This document shows positions 27,310 to 36,249 of a stretch of 64,000 nucleotides of DNA, piece after piece (position 1 is the stretch's first letter; each line of letters starts with the position of its first letter). Position numbers and translations under genes: made by a program. Source of the stretch: Chthoniobacteraceae bacterium (GTDB lineage: Bacteria > Verrucomicrobiota > Verrucomicrobiia > Chthoniobacterales > Chthoniobacteraceae); the NCBI GenBank assembly GCA_031409655.1, contig JANNXQ010000130.1, positions 1-64,000 on the forward strand, read 5' to 3'. The notes beneath the pieces are model-generated. The model ran no database searches. It saw only the letters and a program-made list of their open reading frames with translations, and was not told the origin of the DNA.

Positions 27310-28846
27310 GTCGGCCGCGCAGCGCGTCCACTTTCGCCCGCACCGCGGGGTCCATCTTGACTAACTCCGGCCACGCGCGCGGATAACCCTCCGTCGCCAA
27401 TTTGCGCGTCGCATCGATCCCCATGTGCGAGCCGATGCATGGGATCGTAGGCGCGTGATCCAGCGCATCGCATGGGCTTTTCACGAAGGTCGAGTCGCGC
27501 TGCGGATCGGTATTCGCACACATGCGGAAGAGCACCTCGCTCGTGTTATGCACGTCGCAGTCGTCATCCACGATGACGATGTATTTGGAAAACATCATCT
27601 GCCCCATACCCCACAGGCCGTGCATGATTTTGTAAGCCTGCCACGCGTACTGTTTGCGGATGCTCACGACGACGAGGTTGTGAAAGACGCCTTCCGCCGG
27701 TAGCGCCATATCCACGATCTCCGGGAAGTTCATCCGGAAGACGGGCAGGAAAACGCGCACACTCGCCGTGCCCATGTAGAAGTCCTCCATCGGAGGAATG
27801 CCGACGATCGTGCAGGGATAGACCGCGTCGCGCCGGTGCGTGATCGCGGTGAGGTGGAAGACCGGGTAATCATCGACCGGCGTGTAGAAGCCAGTGTGAT
27901 CGCCGAACGGCCCCTCCGGCCGCGTCTCGCCGGGCTGCACGTAACCTTCGAGCACGATGTCCACGTCCGCCGGCACCTCGAGATCCACGGTTTCGCACTT
28001 CACCAGCGGCACCGGTTTCTTGCGGATGAAGCCGGCGAAAAGAATCTCGTCGAGCCCATCCGGGAGTGGCGCCGTGGCCGCGAAAGTGTACGCCGGATCG
28101 CCCCCGATCGTCACCGCCACCGGCATCCGCTCGCCACGCTCGTAGTATCGCTTCCCATGCCGTGCCCCGACTTTATGCACCTGCCAGTGCATCCCGGTGG
28201 AACGGTCATCATAGACCTGCATTCGATACATCCCGAGATTCCGCTCCCCGGTATCCGGATCCGTCGTATGCACGCAGGGGAAAGTGACGAAGCGCCCACC
28301 ATCCTGCGGCCAGCATTGGAGGATCGGCAGATCGAGCAGCGTGGGATGAAAGGATGAAGGATGAGGGATGAAGGATGAATCCTCCGACTTCCGCGCACCT
28401 TCATCCTTCATCCTTCCGCCTTCATCCTTTGGCGCAAAGCGCACCACCACTTCCTTACAAGGCCCATCGGAGACCCGCTTCGGCTTCGCATTCAGCAGAT
28501 CCAGCCCCTGCATCGCCAGCGTCCACGCATGCTTCAGTGAAGTGGGCGGCTTCGCCTTCAAGATCAGCTCCATCTGCCGCATCAGCTCATCGATGTGCCC
28601 GAGCCCCAGCGCCTGCGCCATGCGCTTGGTCGAGCCCATCGTATTGATCGCCAGTGGGAACTTCGACACCGCGCCATGCACCGTCGGCTTTTCAAAAAGC
28701 AACGCCTTGCCGCCACCCGGCGACTTCATCTCGCGATCCGCATACTCCGTGATCTCCAGCTCCGTCGCCACTGGCTCACTCACCCGCCGCAATTCCCCTG
28801 CTCGTTCGAGAACGGTGAGGAAATCGGAGAAGGAATTGAAGGCCAT
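27299..28846 (-). CDS. ubiD: UbiD-family prenyl-FMN decarboxylase (menaquinone/futalosine-pathway type likely) with an in-frame repeat insertion
   Basis: RNLGMYRMQ, MHWQVHK, EGPFGDHTGFY, GIPPMED, GLWGMGQMMFSK, GIDATRK. Confidence 0.88.
   Translation of the reverse strand: MAFNSFSDFLTVLERAGELRRVSEPVATELEITEYADREMKSPGGGKALLFEKPTVHGAVSKFPLAINTMGSTKRMAQALGLGHIDELMRQMELILKAKPPTSLKHAWTLAMQGLDLLNAKPKRVSDGPCKEVVVRFAPKDEGGRMKDEGARKSEDSSFIPHPSSFHPTLLDLPILQCWPQDGGRFVTFPCVHTTDPDTGERNLGMYRMQVYDDRSTGMHWQVHKVGARHGKRYYERGERMPVAVTIGGDPAYTFAATAPLPDGLDEILFAGFIRKKPVPLVKCETVDLEVPADVDIVLEGYVQPGETRPEGPFGDHTGFYTPVDDYPVFHLTAITHRRDAVYPCTIVGIPPMEDFYMGTASVRVFLPVFRMNFPEIVDMALPAEGVFHNLVVVSIRKQYAWQAYKIMHGLWGMGQMMFSKYIVIVDDDCDVHNTSEVLFRMCANTDPQRDSTFVKSPCDALDHAPTIPCIGSHMGIDATRKLATEGYPRAWPELVKMDPAVRAKVDALRGRLTD
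28344..28430. repeat. Inverted (AAGGATG)n/(CATCCTT)n element inside the UbiD coding sequence
   Basis: 28347-28379 is identical over 33 nt to 49210-49242; encodes KDEGGRMKDEG...SSFIPHPSSFHP. Confidence 0.85.
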
Positions 28847-29027
28847 GGGCAAACGCTAGGAGGATTCGCCGCCTCTTGGCGAGCGGATGCGCCACCCATC
28901 CGACGGGCGGCTCCTCGGCGGCGGCACTCTTTCCTCCGCGCTGAACACCGTCTCCGGCGGCGCGGGCATCGCCGCCGAAACTCCTCGATAAGCCACTCGC
29001 GCTCGCGGGAGCGGCGCGCTTATCATT

Positions 29028-29621
29028 TTGAAAATGCTCCACGCTCGTTGCATCTACGCCATTCTCGCGCTGCTGCACGGCCCTGCGCTGGCGGCACCGC
29101 CGGTCATCAAGGCCAAGGTCGAGGAGCCGGTTTTGCAGGAACTCATGGGCGGGTGTTCGCTGAAGTGCGGGTTTGCTTGGCGCGTGGAAATGCAGTCTGC
29201 CGCGGGACAAAAGCCGGTCGCCGTGAAGGTGCTGAACGACGAGAACGCCGACACGGCCTGGGTCGCGCCCGAGGGGGTTTCGGGCGTGGGGGTGAAGTTG
29301 CGGCTGCTCTTTCCGAAGAAGCTGCGGAAGGAGGAGGAGGGGCAGATTCCGCTCTACGGGCTGGACCTCATCAACGGGGATTGGAAGACCGAGGAGCAGT
29401 GGAGGGCGCGCGGGCGGGTGAAGCGGGTGCGCCTTTATTACAACGAGAAGCCCTTCCGCGAAGTCGTCTTCGCCGACAGTCGCCGCTGGCAGCGCCTCAC
29501 TTTCGACGACATCATGATCCGCTCCGGCGACTCGCTGACCTTGGAGATTCTCGAAGTCTATCCCGGCGAAAAGGGCGCGGGCGCAGGCCTGGCGGAAATC
29601 GTCCTGCAAGGCGCGCACTGA
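29028..29621 (+). CDS. Exported discoidin/galactose-binding-like beta-sandwich protein
   Basis: Signal-like N-terminus; LNDENADTAWV, LINGDWKTEEQWRARGRVK, LTLEILEVYPG, LAEI; start uncertain (TTG 29028 or ATG 29034). Confidence 0.6.
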   Translation: MKMLHARCIYAILALLHGPALAAPPVIKAKVEEPVLQELMGGCSLKCGFAWRVEMQSAAGQKPVAVKVLNDENADTAWVAPEGVSGVGVKLRLLFPKKLRKEEEGQIPLYGLDLINGDWKTEEQWRARGRVKRVRLYYNEKPFREVVFADSRRWQRLTFDDIMIRSGDSLTLEILEVYPGEKGAGAGLAEIVLQGAH

Positions 29622-30022
29622 ACTGACGGCGCGGTTTTTCGGCAGCGATCCTGCGTTCGCGCAGCAGGGGTGTGGCGCGGCGCGGGGGTCGCGGTGACCG
29701 GCATCTCCCGGATGCGCCCGGCGCCGCGAAGGGCGGCGCGCAATCCGGCCGGCTCGGCCTGCGCGAACGCACCGCCAAACTGTGTGGCCCTCGGTCAGTC
29801 GAAAGCACGCCTGGTCAGGGCACCGGCGCCCAGAGTCCGGGGAGAAGCTCATTTTCAGGTGCTTCATGGTATTCATGTAAGCAATCGGACGACATAAAAA
29901 GTCCTTGCGGACTAAGCGATTCGGGAGCCTCCTCTTCTTGGGAAGCACGGCCCGCAACTACTGCCGAAAGCGCGTGTTTCTTCAGCCCCCAGACGTTGAC
30001 CCTCCGACACTCCCTCGCGCCT

Positions 30023-33000
30023 ATGAACCTTCGTTTCACCTCAAAATTCCTGGCCGGACTTTTCCTCTGCTCCGCGGCCCTCGCTCCGGCTGGCCTGGCC
30101 CGCACCGACCACGATGCCGATGGCTACGACGACGTCTGGCAGCGCGTGCATGGCGTGACCCTCGCGGCCTTCCCCCTCGCCGACGATGCCGACGGGGACG
30201 GCAATACCAACTACACCGAGAGCGAAGCCGGCACCGACCCGCGCAGCCCTCTCTCCCTGCTCACCATCCGTGCCGTCACGAAGACGGGCGGCAACATCGT
30301 CTTCAGCGCCGCGACCGTGAATCTCAAGCGCTACCAGCTCCAGAGCAGCGCCAGCCCCAGCGGCCCGACTTGGGTGAACGAAGGCGCAGCGATCACCGGT
30401 GATGGCACGGTCAAAAATTTCGCCGTTCTGCTCAGCGGGACGCAGAGATTCTACCGCATCTTTGTCCAGGATCAGGATGCCGATGGCGATACCGTGTCGG
30501 ATTGGGCCGAGGCCCAAATGGGCACAAACGCCACCCTCGCGACCACCCCCGGCAATGCTTCCGGGGGCACGGACACCGATGGCAACACCCTGCGCAGCCT
30601 GCTCTCGATCACCGCCGCCACGCTCACGCCCTCGGCGTTTGAAAAGGAAGGCACCCCTGCTTCGATCCGCCTTACGCGGACCTTTGGCACGATGGCGCTG
30701 ACCCTGCCGCTCACGCAAGGCGGAGCCAGCGATCCGACGAAAGGTTCCGCGGCTCCCGCCGACTTCACTTTGACCGGTGCGACGGCGACCTCGGTCAGCT
30801 TTGCCAGCGGCGCCTCGATCCGCAATGTCACCGTGACCCCGGTGCTCGACGCCGCGGCGGAGGTGCCGGAGACGCTCAAGCTCACGGTGGGCCTGCCGGG
30901 CATCCCGGCCACGGCGGCCTCGCCCTCGGCGGAGGTGCAGATCAAGGACGCCACCGTCATCACCGACAATCGCCGGCTCTACGTCGCCTATCTCGGCCGG
31001 GAAGCGGGAGTGACGACCACCGCCACCGGCATCGCGACCGCGCTGGTCAGTGGGGACAACGATCAGGCCGCGATCAGCCTGACCTTCAGCAATCTCTCCT
31101 CGGTGCAAAACACCGCCTACATCCGGTTCACCAGCAACTCTGGCGAGGTAAAGCGCATTCCCAACGGCCAGGTCAGCGCCTTCCAGTGGGAAATCCGCGC
31201 CGCCCAGACCCTCATTACTGATCAAGCCATGCTCAGTGCGCTGGCGGCCGGTCAGCTCTACGTAAGCGTCTCAAGCGCGGATTTTTCCGGGGGAGAAATC
31301 CGCGGGACCTTCGCGCTGGCCGATGGCTCGATCGCCGATCCGCCGGTGCCGCCCGCCCCGCCGGCTTTTGGCAGCGCCGAATATCCCAACCTCGCCCTCG
31401 GGGGCGTGACCAACAATCCAACCCTCGATCGCGACATCGCCCGTTTCCTGATGCAAGCCACCTACGGCCCGACGCCGGAAAGCATCCAGGAAGTGCGCGA
31501 CCTCATCACCGCAAATGGGAACGACATGATCGCGGGTTACACCGCGTGGTTCAATGCGCAGACCAATCTCGCACTGACGCCCTCGCCGTCGCTGATGAAG
31601 CTCGTCCAGTCGGCGGACACCGAGGAGTTCATCCTGCGCAATTGCGCCCCGATCAATTACAACAACGATCCGCAGTTCGCCGGCAATGGGTTCGCCTTCA
31701 GCACGGCCTCACGCCTGTGGGTGGCCAATGGCATCTGGAATAACAACCACCCCTTCCACAACAACCGTCGGCGCGAATGGTGGACGCTCGTCCTGAACTC
31801 CCAGGATCAACTCCGCCAGCGCATGGCGATGGCCCTGCACGAGATCGTTGTCATTTCGGAAAATGATACGACGGTGCAGAATTCCCACTACGGGGCCGCG
31901 AATTACTGGGACATCCTCGCGGCGAATGCCTTCGGACCCTATCGCACGATCCTGCAGCGGGTGACTTACAGCCCGCTCATGGGTATCTACCTGAGCCATC
32001 TGAAGAATCAGGACCGCACCGGTTCGATCAGCCCCGATGAGAACTACGCGCGGGAGATCATGCAGCTCTTCTCGATCGGCCTCGTGCAGCGCCACCTCAA
32101 TGGCAGCCTGAAACTCGATCCCGACAATGCGCTGCCAATCGTGACCTACGACCAGGGGGACATCACCGAAATGGCGCGCGTGATGACGGGCCTGAGCTTT
32201 GGCCGCCAGCACGCCAGCGTCGGCGCTCCCACTTACCCCTCCGCCAGCAGTCAGCGGATCGGGGCGGTTTCGACCAACACTGATTTCTTTGCCGGCGGTG
32301 GCCACCGCTACTGGCAGGGCCCCTGGACTGCGGACATGATCATGTTCCTGACCTACCACGACTTCAACGAGTACACCGCCTACACGGGACTCGCCAAGCC
32401 AGCCGGGGTGACGACCGCTTCCAAGATCCTCTTCCGCGACAAGATCGGGCAGACCGTTCTCCTCCCGCGGGCGAGCCAAACCACCGCCAATGCCAACCTC
32501 GACGTCACCGAGGCCCTGAACGCGCTGGGGAATCACCCGAACACCGCGCCTTTCATCTCGCGCCTGCTCATCCAGCGTTTCACCAGTGCGAATCCGAGCG
32601 CGGGTTACTTGTATCGCGTCGCCCTGAAGTATCAGCAGACCAGCGGGAATCTCGGCGAAGTGCTGAAAGCCATCCTGCTCGACTACGAAGCCCGGAGCCT
32701 GAGCATCGCGGACAATACCGCGAGCGCCGGTAAGCCGAAGGAGCCGCTCCTCCATTACGCGGCGATGCTGCGCGCGACGAAGTGCTACACCGGCTCTCCC
32801 CTCGCGAACCTCGCCACCATGCCGGTGACCTTCACGGCGACGCAATCCCAGCAGATCGCGCCCTATGAAGCGGCGGAGTTCAACAAATTCCCGGCGGGCA
32901 CGAAACGCTTCCGTTACTTCGACACCGAGAACCAGCTCACCCAGTCGCCCCAATCCGCACCGAGCGTCTTCAATTGGTTCCTGCCCGACTACGTGCTGGC

Positions 33001-33715
33001 CGGGCCGCTCGCTCAGGCTGGCCTCGTGGCCCCGGAACTCCAGGTCGCCACCGAGTCCAACGTGATCAACATCGTCAACGAACATACCGCCGTGCTCTTC
33101 ACGAGCATTCCGCCAGCGACTACGGTGAAACCGGGGCGTGGTTTGGACGACTTCTTCAATCTCGCCACCTACCAAACCGGGGGCGGGACGCAGTTGACGG
33201 TTCCCGCATATGGCCAGCCTTACGATGTCGGCAGCAATCCGACCGGCGTCGGTTACTTCAGCGCCTCGACCTTCGACGCCAGCCCGGGCGGGACGGAGAC
33301 GGGGGGCACGATTAACAACCAGCTCGATAACCTCCTCCCCGACTACTCGGCCCTGACCACCCTCTACACGAACTCGTACAACCAGAAGCTGATCGACCTC
33401 TACGCGCCCAACCCCGTGCCGGCCGCACCCACCAACGCGGACAAGAACCAGGCGCACGATGTCGCCGCACTCGCGGTGCTCGACCAGTATGACCTGCTTT
33501 TCACCGGCGGATTCCTGAAGGCGAACTTCGGCGCGCTTCCGCCCACTACGGCGAGTCCGCGGCGATCCATCATCGATAACGTGGCTGGGGGGATCGGCAG
33601 CCGCACCACTCACACCGACGCCATCAACAATGGCTTCCTCACCAATGCCCAGTTGCGCTGCAAGAACATTGCCTACCTGATCGCCACCTCCCCGCAGGCG
33701 CTCATTCTGAAGTAA
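30023..33715 (+). CDS. Large secreted DUF1800-family protein with N-terminal DxDxDG, Calx-beta-like and CHRD-like modules
   Basis: ARFLMQATYGPT, DQLRQRMAMAL, PDENYAREIMQLFSIGL, HPNTAPFISRLLIQRF, GKPKEPLL, QSAPSVFNWF; ATG at 30023. Confidence 0.85.
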   Translation: MNLRFTSKFLAGLFLCSAALAPAGLARTDHDADGYDDVWQRVHGVTLAAFPLADDADGDGNTNYTESEAGTDPRSPLSLLTIRAVTKTGGNIVFSAATVNLKRYQLQSSASPSGPTWVNEGAAITGDGTVKNFAVLLSGTQRFYRIFVQDQDADGDTVSDWAEAQMGTNATLATTPGNASGGTDTDGNTLRSLLSITAATLTPSAFEKEGTPASIRLTRTFGTMALTLPLTQGGASDPTKGSAAPADFTLTGATATSVSFASGASIRNVTVTPVLDAAAEVPETLKLTVGLPGIPATAASPSAEVQIKDATVITDNRRLYVAYLGREAGVTTTATGIATALVSGDNDQAAISLTFSNLSSVQNTAYIRFTSNSGEVKRIPNGQVSAFQWEIRAAQTLITDQAMLSALAAGQLYVSVSSADFSGGEIRGTFALADGSIADPPVPPAPPAFGSAEYPNLALGGVTNNPTLDRDIARFLMQATYGPTPESIQEVRDLITANGNDMIAGYTAWFNAQTNLALTPSPSLMKLVQSADTEEFILRNCAPINYNNDPQFAGNGFAFSTASRLWVANGIWNNNHPFHNNRRREWWTLVLNSQDQLRQRMAMALHEIVVISENDTTVQNSHYGAANYWDILAANAFGPYRTILQRVTYSPLMGIYLSHLKNQDRTGSISPDENYAREIMQLFSIGLVQRHLNGSLKLDPDNALPIVTYDQGDITEMARVMTGLSFGRQHASVGAPTYPSASSQRIGAVSTNTDFFAGGGHRYWQGPWTADMIMFLTYHDFNEYTAYTGLAKPAGVTTASKILFRDKIGQTVLLPRASQTTANANLDVTEALNALGNHPNTAPFISRLLIQRFTSANPSAGYLYRVALKYQQTSGNLGEVLKAILLDYEARSLSIADNTASAGKPKEPLLHYAAMLRATKCYTGSPLANLATMPVTFTATQSQQIAPYEAAEFNKFPAGTKRFRYFDTENQLTQSPQSAPSVFNWFLPDYVLAGPLAQAGLVAPELQVATESNVINIVNEHTAVLFTSIPPATTVKPGRGLDDFFNLATYQTGGGTQLTVPAYGQPYDVGSNPTGVGYFSASTFDASPGGTETGGTINNQLDNLLPDYSALTTLYTNSYNQKLIDLYAPNPVPAAPTNADKNQAHDVAALAVLDQYDLLFTGGFLKANFGALPPTTASPRRSIIDNVAGGIGSRTTHTDAINNGFLTNAQLRCKNIAYLIATSPQALILK

Positions 33716-33761
33716 CACCCACGCGATCACCGCCCACCCGGAACCTTCACCCACCCTTCCC

Positions 33762-35417
33762 ATGAACCTACGCCTCCGCCGCAAGTCTGCTGAAAACCTC
33801 TCCCGTCGCGATTTCCTCATCCGTGGCGGATGCGGAGCCATGAGCCTGACTACCGTGGTCAACACCATTGCCCAGCTCAAGCTGATGCAAGGTGCGCTCA
33901 ATGCCCAGGGCGGCGCACCCGGTTACAAGGCCCTCGTCTGCGTCTTCCTGGCTGGCGGCAATGACTCGAACAATCTGCTCATCCCTTTCTCCGGCAGCGC
34001 GCGCACCGACTATACGACCGGGCGCGGCGCGCTCGCCATCCCGACCACGGGGGCAAATCCGCTGACCAACCTGACCAACACGCAACTCACCACGGTGCCG
34101 GCGGAAGTCACTGCGGCTGATCCGATCGGAGGCTATCTCGGCACCTTTGCCGTGCATCCCCAGTGCGGCGCGATCCGCGACATGTTCAATGCCGACGAAC
34201 TCGCCTTCGTCGCCAATGTCGGCACCCTCGTGCAGCCCGGCATCACCCGCGCCAACTACGCCACTTCGCCCAAGCCGCCCCAACTTTTCTCCCACTCGGA
34301 TCAAGTCACGCAGTGGCAGAGTAGCGTGCCCGATCAGCCCTTTACCAGCGGCTGGGGCGGGCGCATTGCGGATTTGCTGGACCCCGCCTTCAACGGCAGT
34401 TCGGCGGCCTCCATGTCCATCTCGATCTCCGGCGTGAACAGCTTCCAGGTCAGCCCCACGGGCACCGTCACTCCTTACGTCATGCGCAGCAGCGGCGTCG
34501 TCAGTCTGAGCGGCTACGGGACGAACTACGCGTCCGCGGTCAATAACACGTCGCAGACCTTTGTGGATGCGAACTACAGGACCAACGAGCAGGGGCGGCG
34601 GCTGCGGGCCTTTGAGCAAATCCTCAACATGAGTAACAACAGCCTGCTGGAAAATGCCTATAACGGCGTGGTCCACAGCGCGCGGCTCACGGAGGGCGTG
34701 GTCGGGACGGCGCTGGTGCCGACGGTGGCCGGGAGTGGGACGACGCTCGACGTGCATTTCGACAATGCCTTCGCCGGCGCGGAGGCCGGGATCACCGCGA
34801 ACAATGACTTCACCAATCAGATGAAACTCGTGGCGCGCCTCATCGCCGGACGATCCTCCCTCGGCAACGATCGCCAGATTTTCTTCGTCCAACTCGGCGG
34901 CTTCGACACCCACACCACCCAGATTCCCACCGCCGGCAATGTGTACGCCACCGGCCACACCGGCCTGATGAATGTGCTCAATCGCACCCTCAAGGCCTTC
35001 CGCGATTCGCTGGTCGATCTCAGCGTTTGGGACAACGTCGTCACCTGCACCTCGTCGGATTTCACCCGCACCTTCACCGCCAATAAGACCGACTCAAGCG
35101 CGGGCAGCGATCACGCTTGGGGCGGCCACACCATGGTCATGGGCGGGCCAGTCATCGGCGGTCGCATCTACGGGAAGTATCCGCCGCTCAAGCTCGGCGG
35201 CTTGGCGAACAGCATCGACTCCACCGGTTCGAGTGGCCGCTGGATTCCCAGCACCTCGGTGGATCAATACGCCGCCGTCCTGGCTCGTTGGCTCGGCGTG
35301 GACGCCGCGAATCTGGCGACGATCTTCCCGAATCTCACGCGCTTCAACGCCGCGCCCTTCAACCAGATTCTCCAGCCGAATCAGACACCGAATCTCGGCT
35401 TCCTGAATCTCGCCTAG
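33762..35417 (+). CDS. DUF1501-family protein with Tat signal
   Basis: SRRDFL twin-arginine motif; YKALVCVFLAGGNDSNN, LFSHSDQ, GGFDTH, SDFTRT, GSDHAWGG. Confidence 0.9.
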   Translation: MNLRLRRKSAENLSRRDFLIRGGCGAMSLTTVVNTIAQLKLMQGALNAQGGAPGYKALVCVFLAGGNDSNNLLIPFSGSARTDYTTGRGALAIPTTGANPLTNLTNTQLTTVPAEVTAADPIGGYLGTFAVHPQCGAIRDMFNADELAFVANVGTLVQPGITRANYATSPKPPQLFSHSDQVTQWQSSVPDQPFTSGWGGRIADLLDPAFNGSSAASMSISISGVNSFQVSPTGTVTPYVMRSSGVVSLSGYGTNYASAVNNTSQTFVDANYRTNEQGRRLRAFEQILNMSNNSLLENAYNGVVHSARLTEGVVGTALVPTVAGSGTTLDVHFDNAFAGAEAGITANNDFTNQMKLVARLIAGRSSLGNDRQIFFVQLGGFDTHTTQIPTAGNVYATGHTGLMNVLNRTLKAFRDSLVDLSVWDNVVTCTSSDFTRTFTANKTDSSAGSDHAWGGHTMVMGGPVIGGRIYGKYPPLKLGGLANSIDSTGSSGRWIPSTSVDQYAAVLARWLGVDAANLATIFPNLTRFNAAPFNQILQPNQTPNLGFLNLA

Positions 35418-35441
35418 CGGCGCGCGGCGGAAGCGAACGAC

Positions 35442-35990
35442 ATGGCGTCCGCGCGCTTCCGCTTTCGCTGGCTCATCGGCGCATCGGCCTTGCTGGCCGT
35501 CGCGAGCGTCCTGTGGTTCCTCCAGGGAAGTCGCGACATCGAGCCGACTGCGGACCCGCAGGCAAGCGTCGGAACCTCCGCGGCAAACCCCGCCTCCCGC
35601 CCGACGACCGTCGCCACCGTCACGCCGCCTGCGGAGCTGCCGCCGATCACCCTCATGCCCGCAGCCACGGAGTTGAGTGCCGCCTTGCTCCGCAAGGACG
35701 ACCCCGCCGGCGCGCTCCAGGCCGTCGAGCAACTCCTCTATTTCTATCGGCAAGGCCTGGGCGAAAATCCCACTGGCCAAAATGAAGACGTCGTCGCCGC
35801 GATGCTCGGGGAGAACCCCAAGCGCGCCGCGTATCTCCCCGCGAATTCCCCCGCGATCAAGGATGGCAAGCTCCTGGATCCGTGGGGCACTCCGTATTGG
35901 TTTCATCCCGTGAGCCGCGACCGGATGGAGATCCGCAGCGCTGGCCCGGATCGCGACCTTTTCACCAGCGACGACTTGCAGGGCAACTGA
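35442..35990 (+). CDS. Membrane-anchored protein with type II secretion GspG-like C-terminal motif
   Basis: N-terminal TM helix; LLDPWGTPY ... IRSAGPDRDLFTSDDL. Confidence 0.65.
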   Translation: MASARFRFRWLIGASALLAVASVLWFLQGSRDIEPTADPQASVGTSAANPASRPTTVATVTPPAELPPITLMPAATELSAALLRKDDPAGALQAVEQLLYFYRQGLGENPTGQNEDVVAAMLGENPKRAAYLPANSPAIKDGKLLDPWGTPYWFHPVSRDRMEIRSAGPDRDLFTSDDLQGN

Positions 35991-36120
35991 AGCCGCCATC
36001 GGATCGCAAAGAAACGGAAGGGACAGGAGTCAGAGCTGACGGGCGCTCAGTGAAAACGAGTTTTCAGTGTCAAGGCCCCGGAGCGACCATCTCAAAACCG
36101 CGTTAACTGAGCGCCATTTC

Positions 36121-36182
36121 CCTTGATTGCGCGCTCCGCGCGACCGTCTCGCATGGCGCGCGGAGTGCGCCATCCACCAAGG
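36121..36182. repeat. Degenerate family A REP/hairpin
   Basis: CATGGCGCGCGGAGTGCGCCATCCACC (36152-36178) pairs with GCGCGCTCCGCGCG upstream. Confidence 0.6.
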
Positions 36183-36249
36183 CCCGCCCCCTCCGAACCG
36201 AAGGGGCGTTGACGCGACGGCGTGACGCGGCGCTAATTCGCATCCTCGT

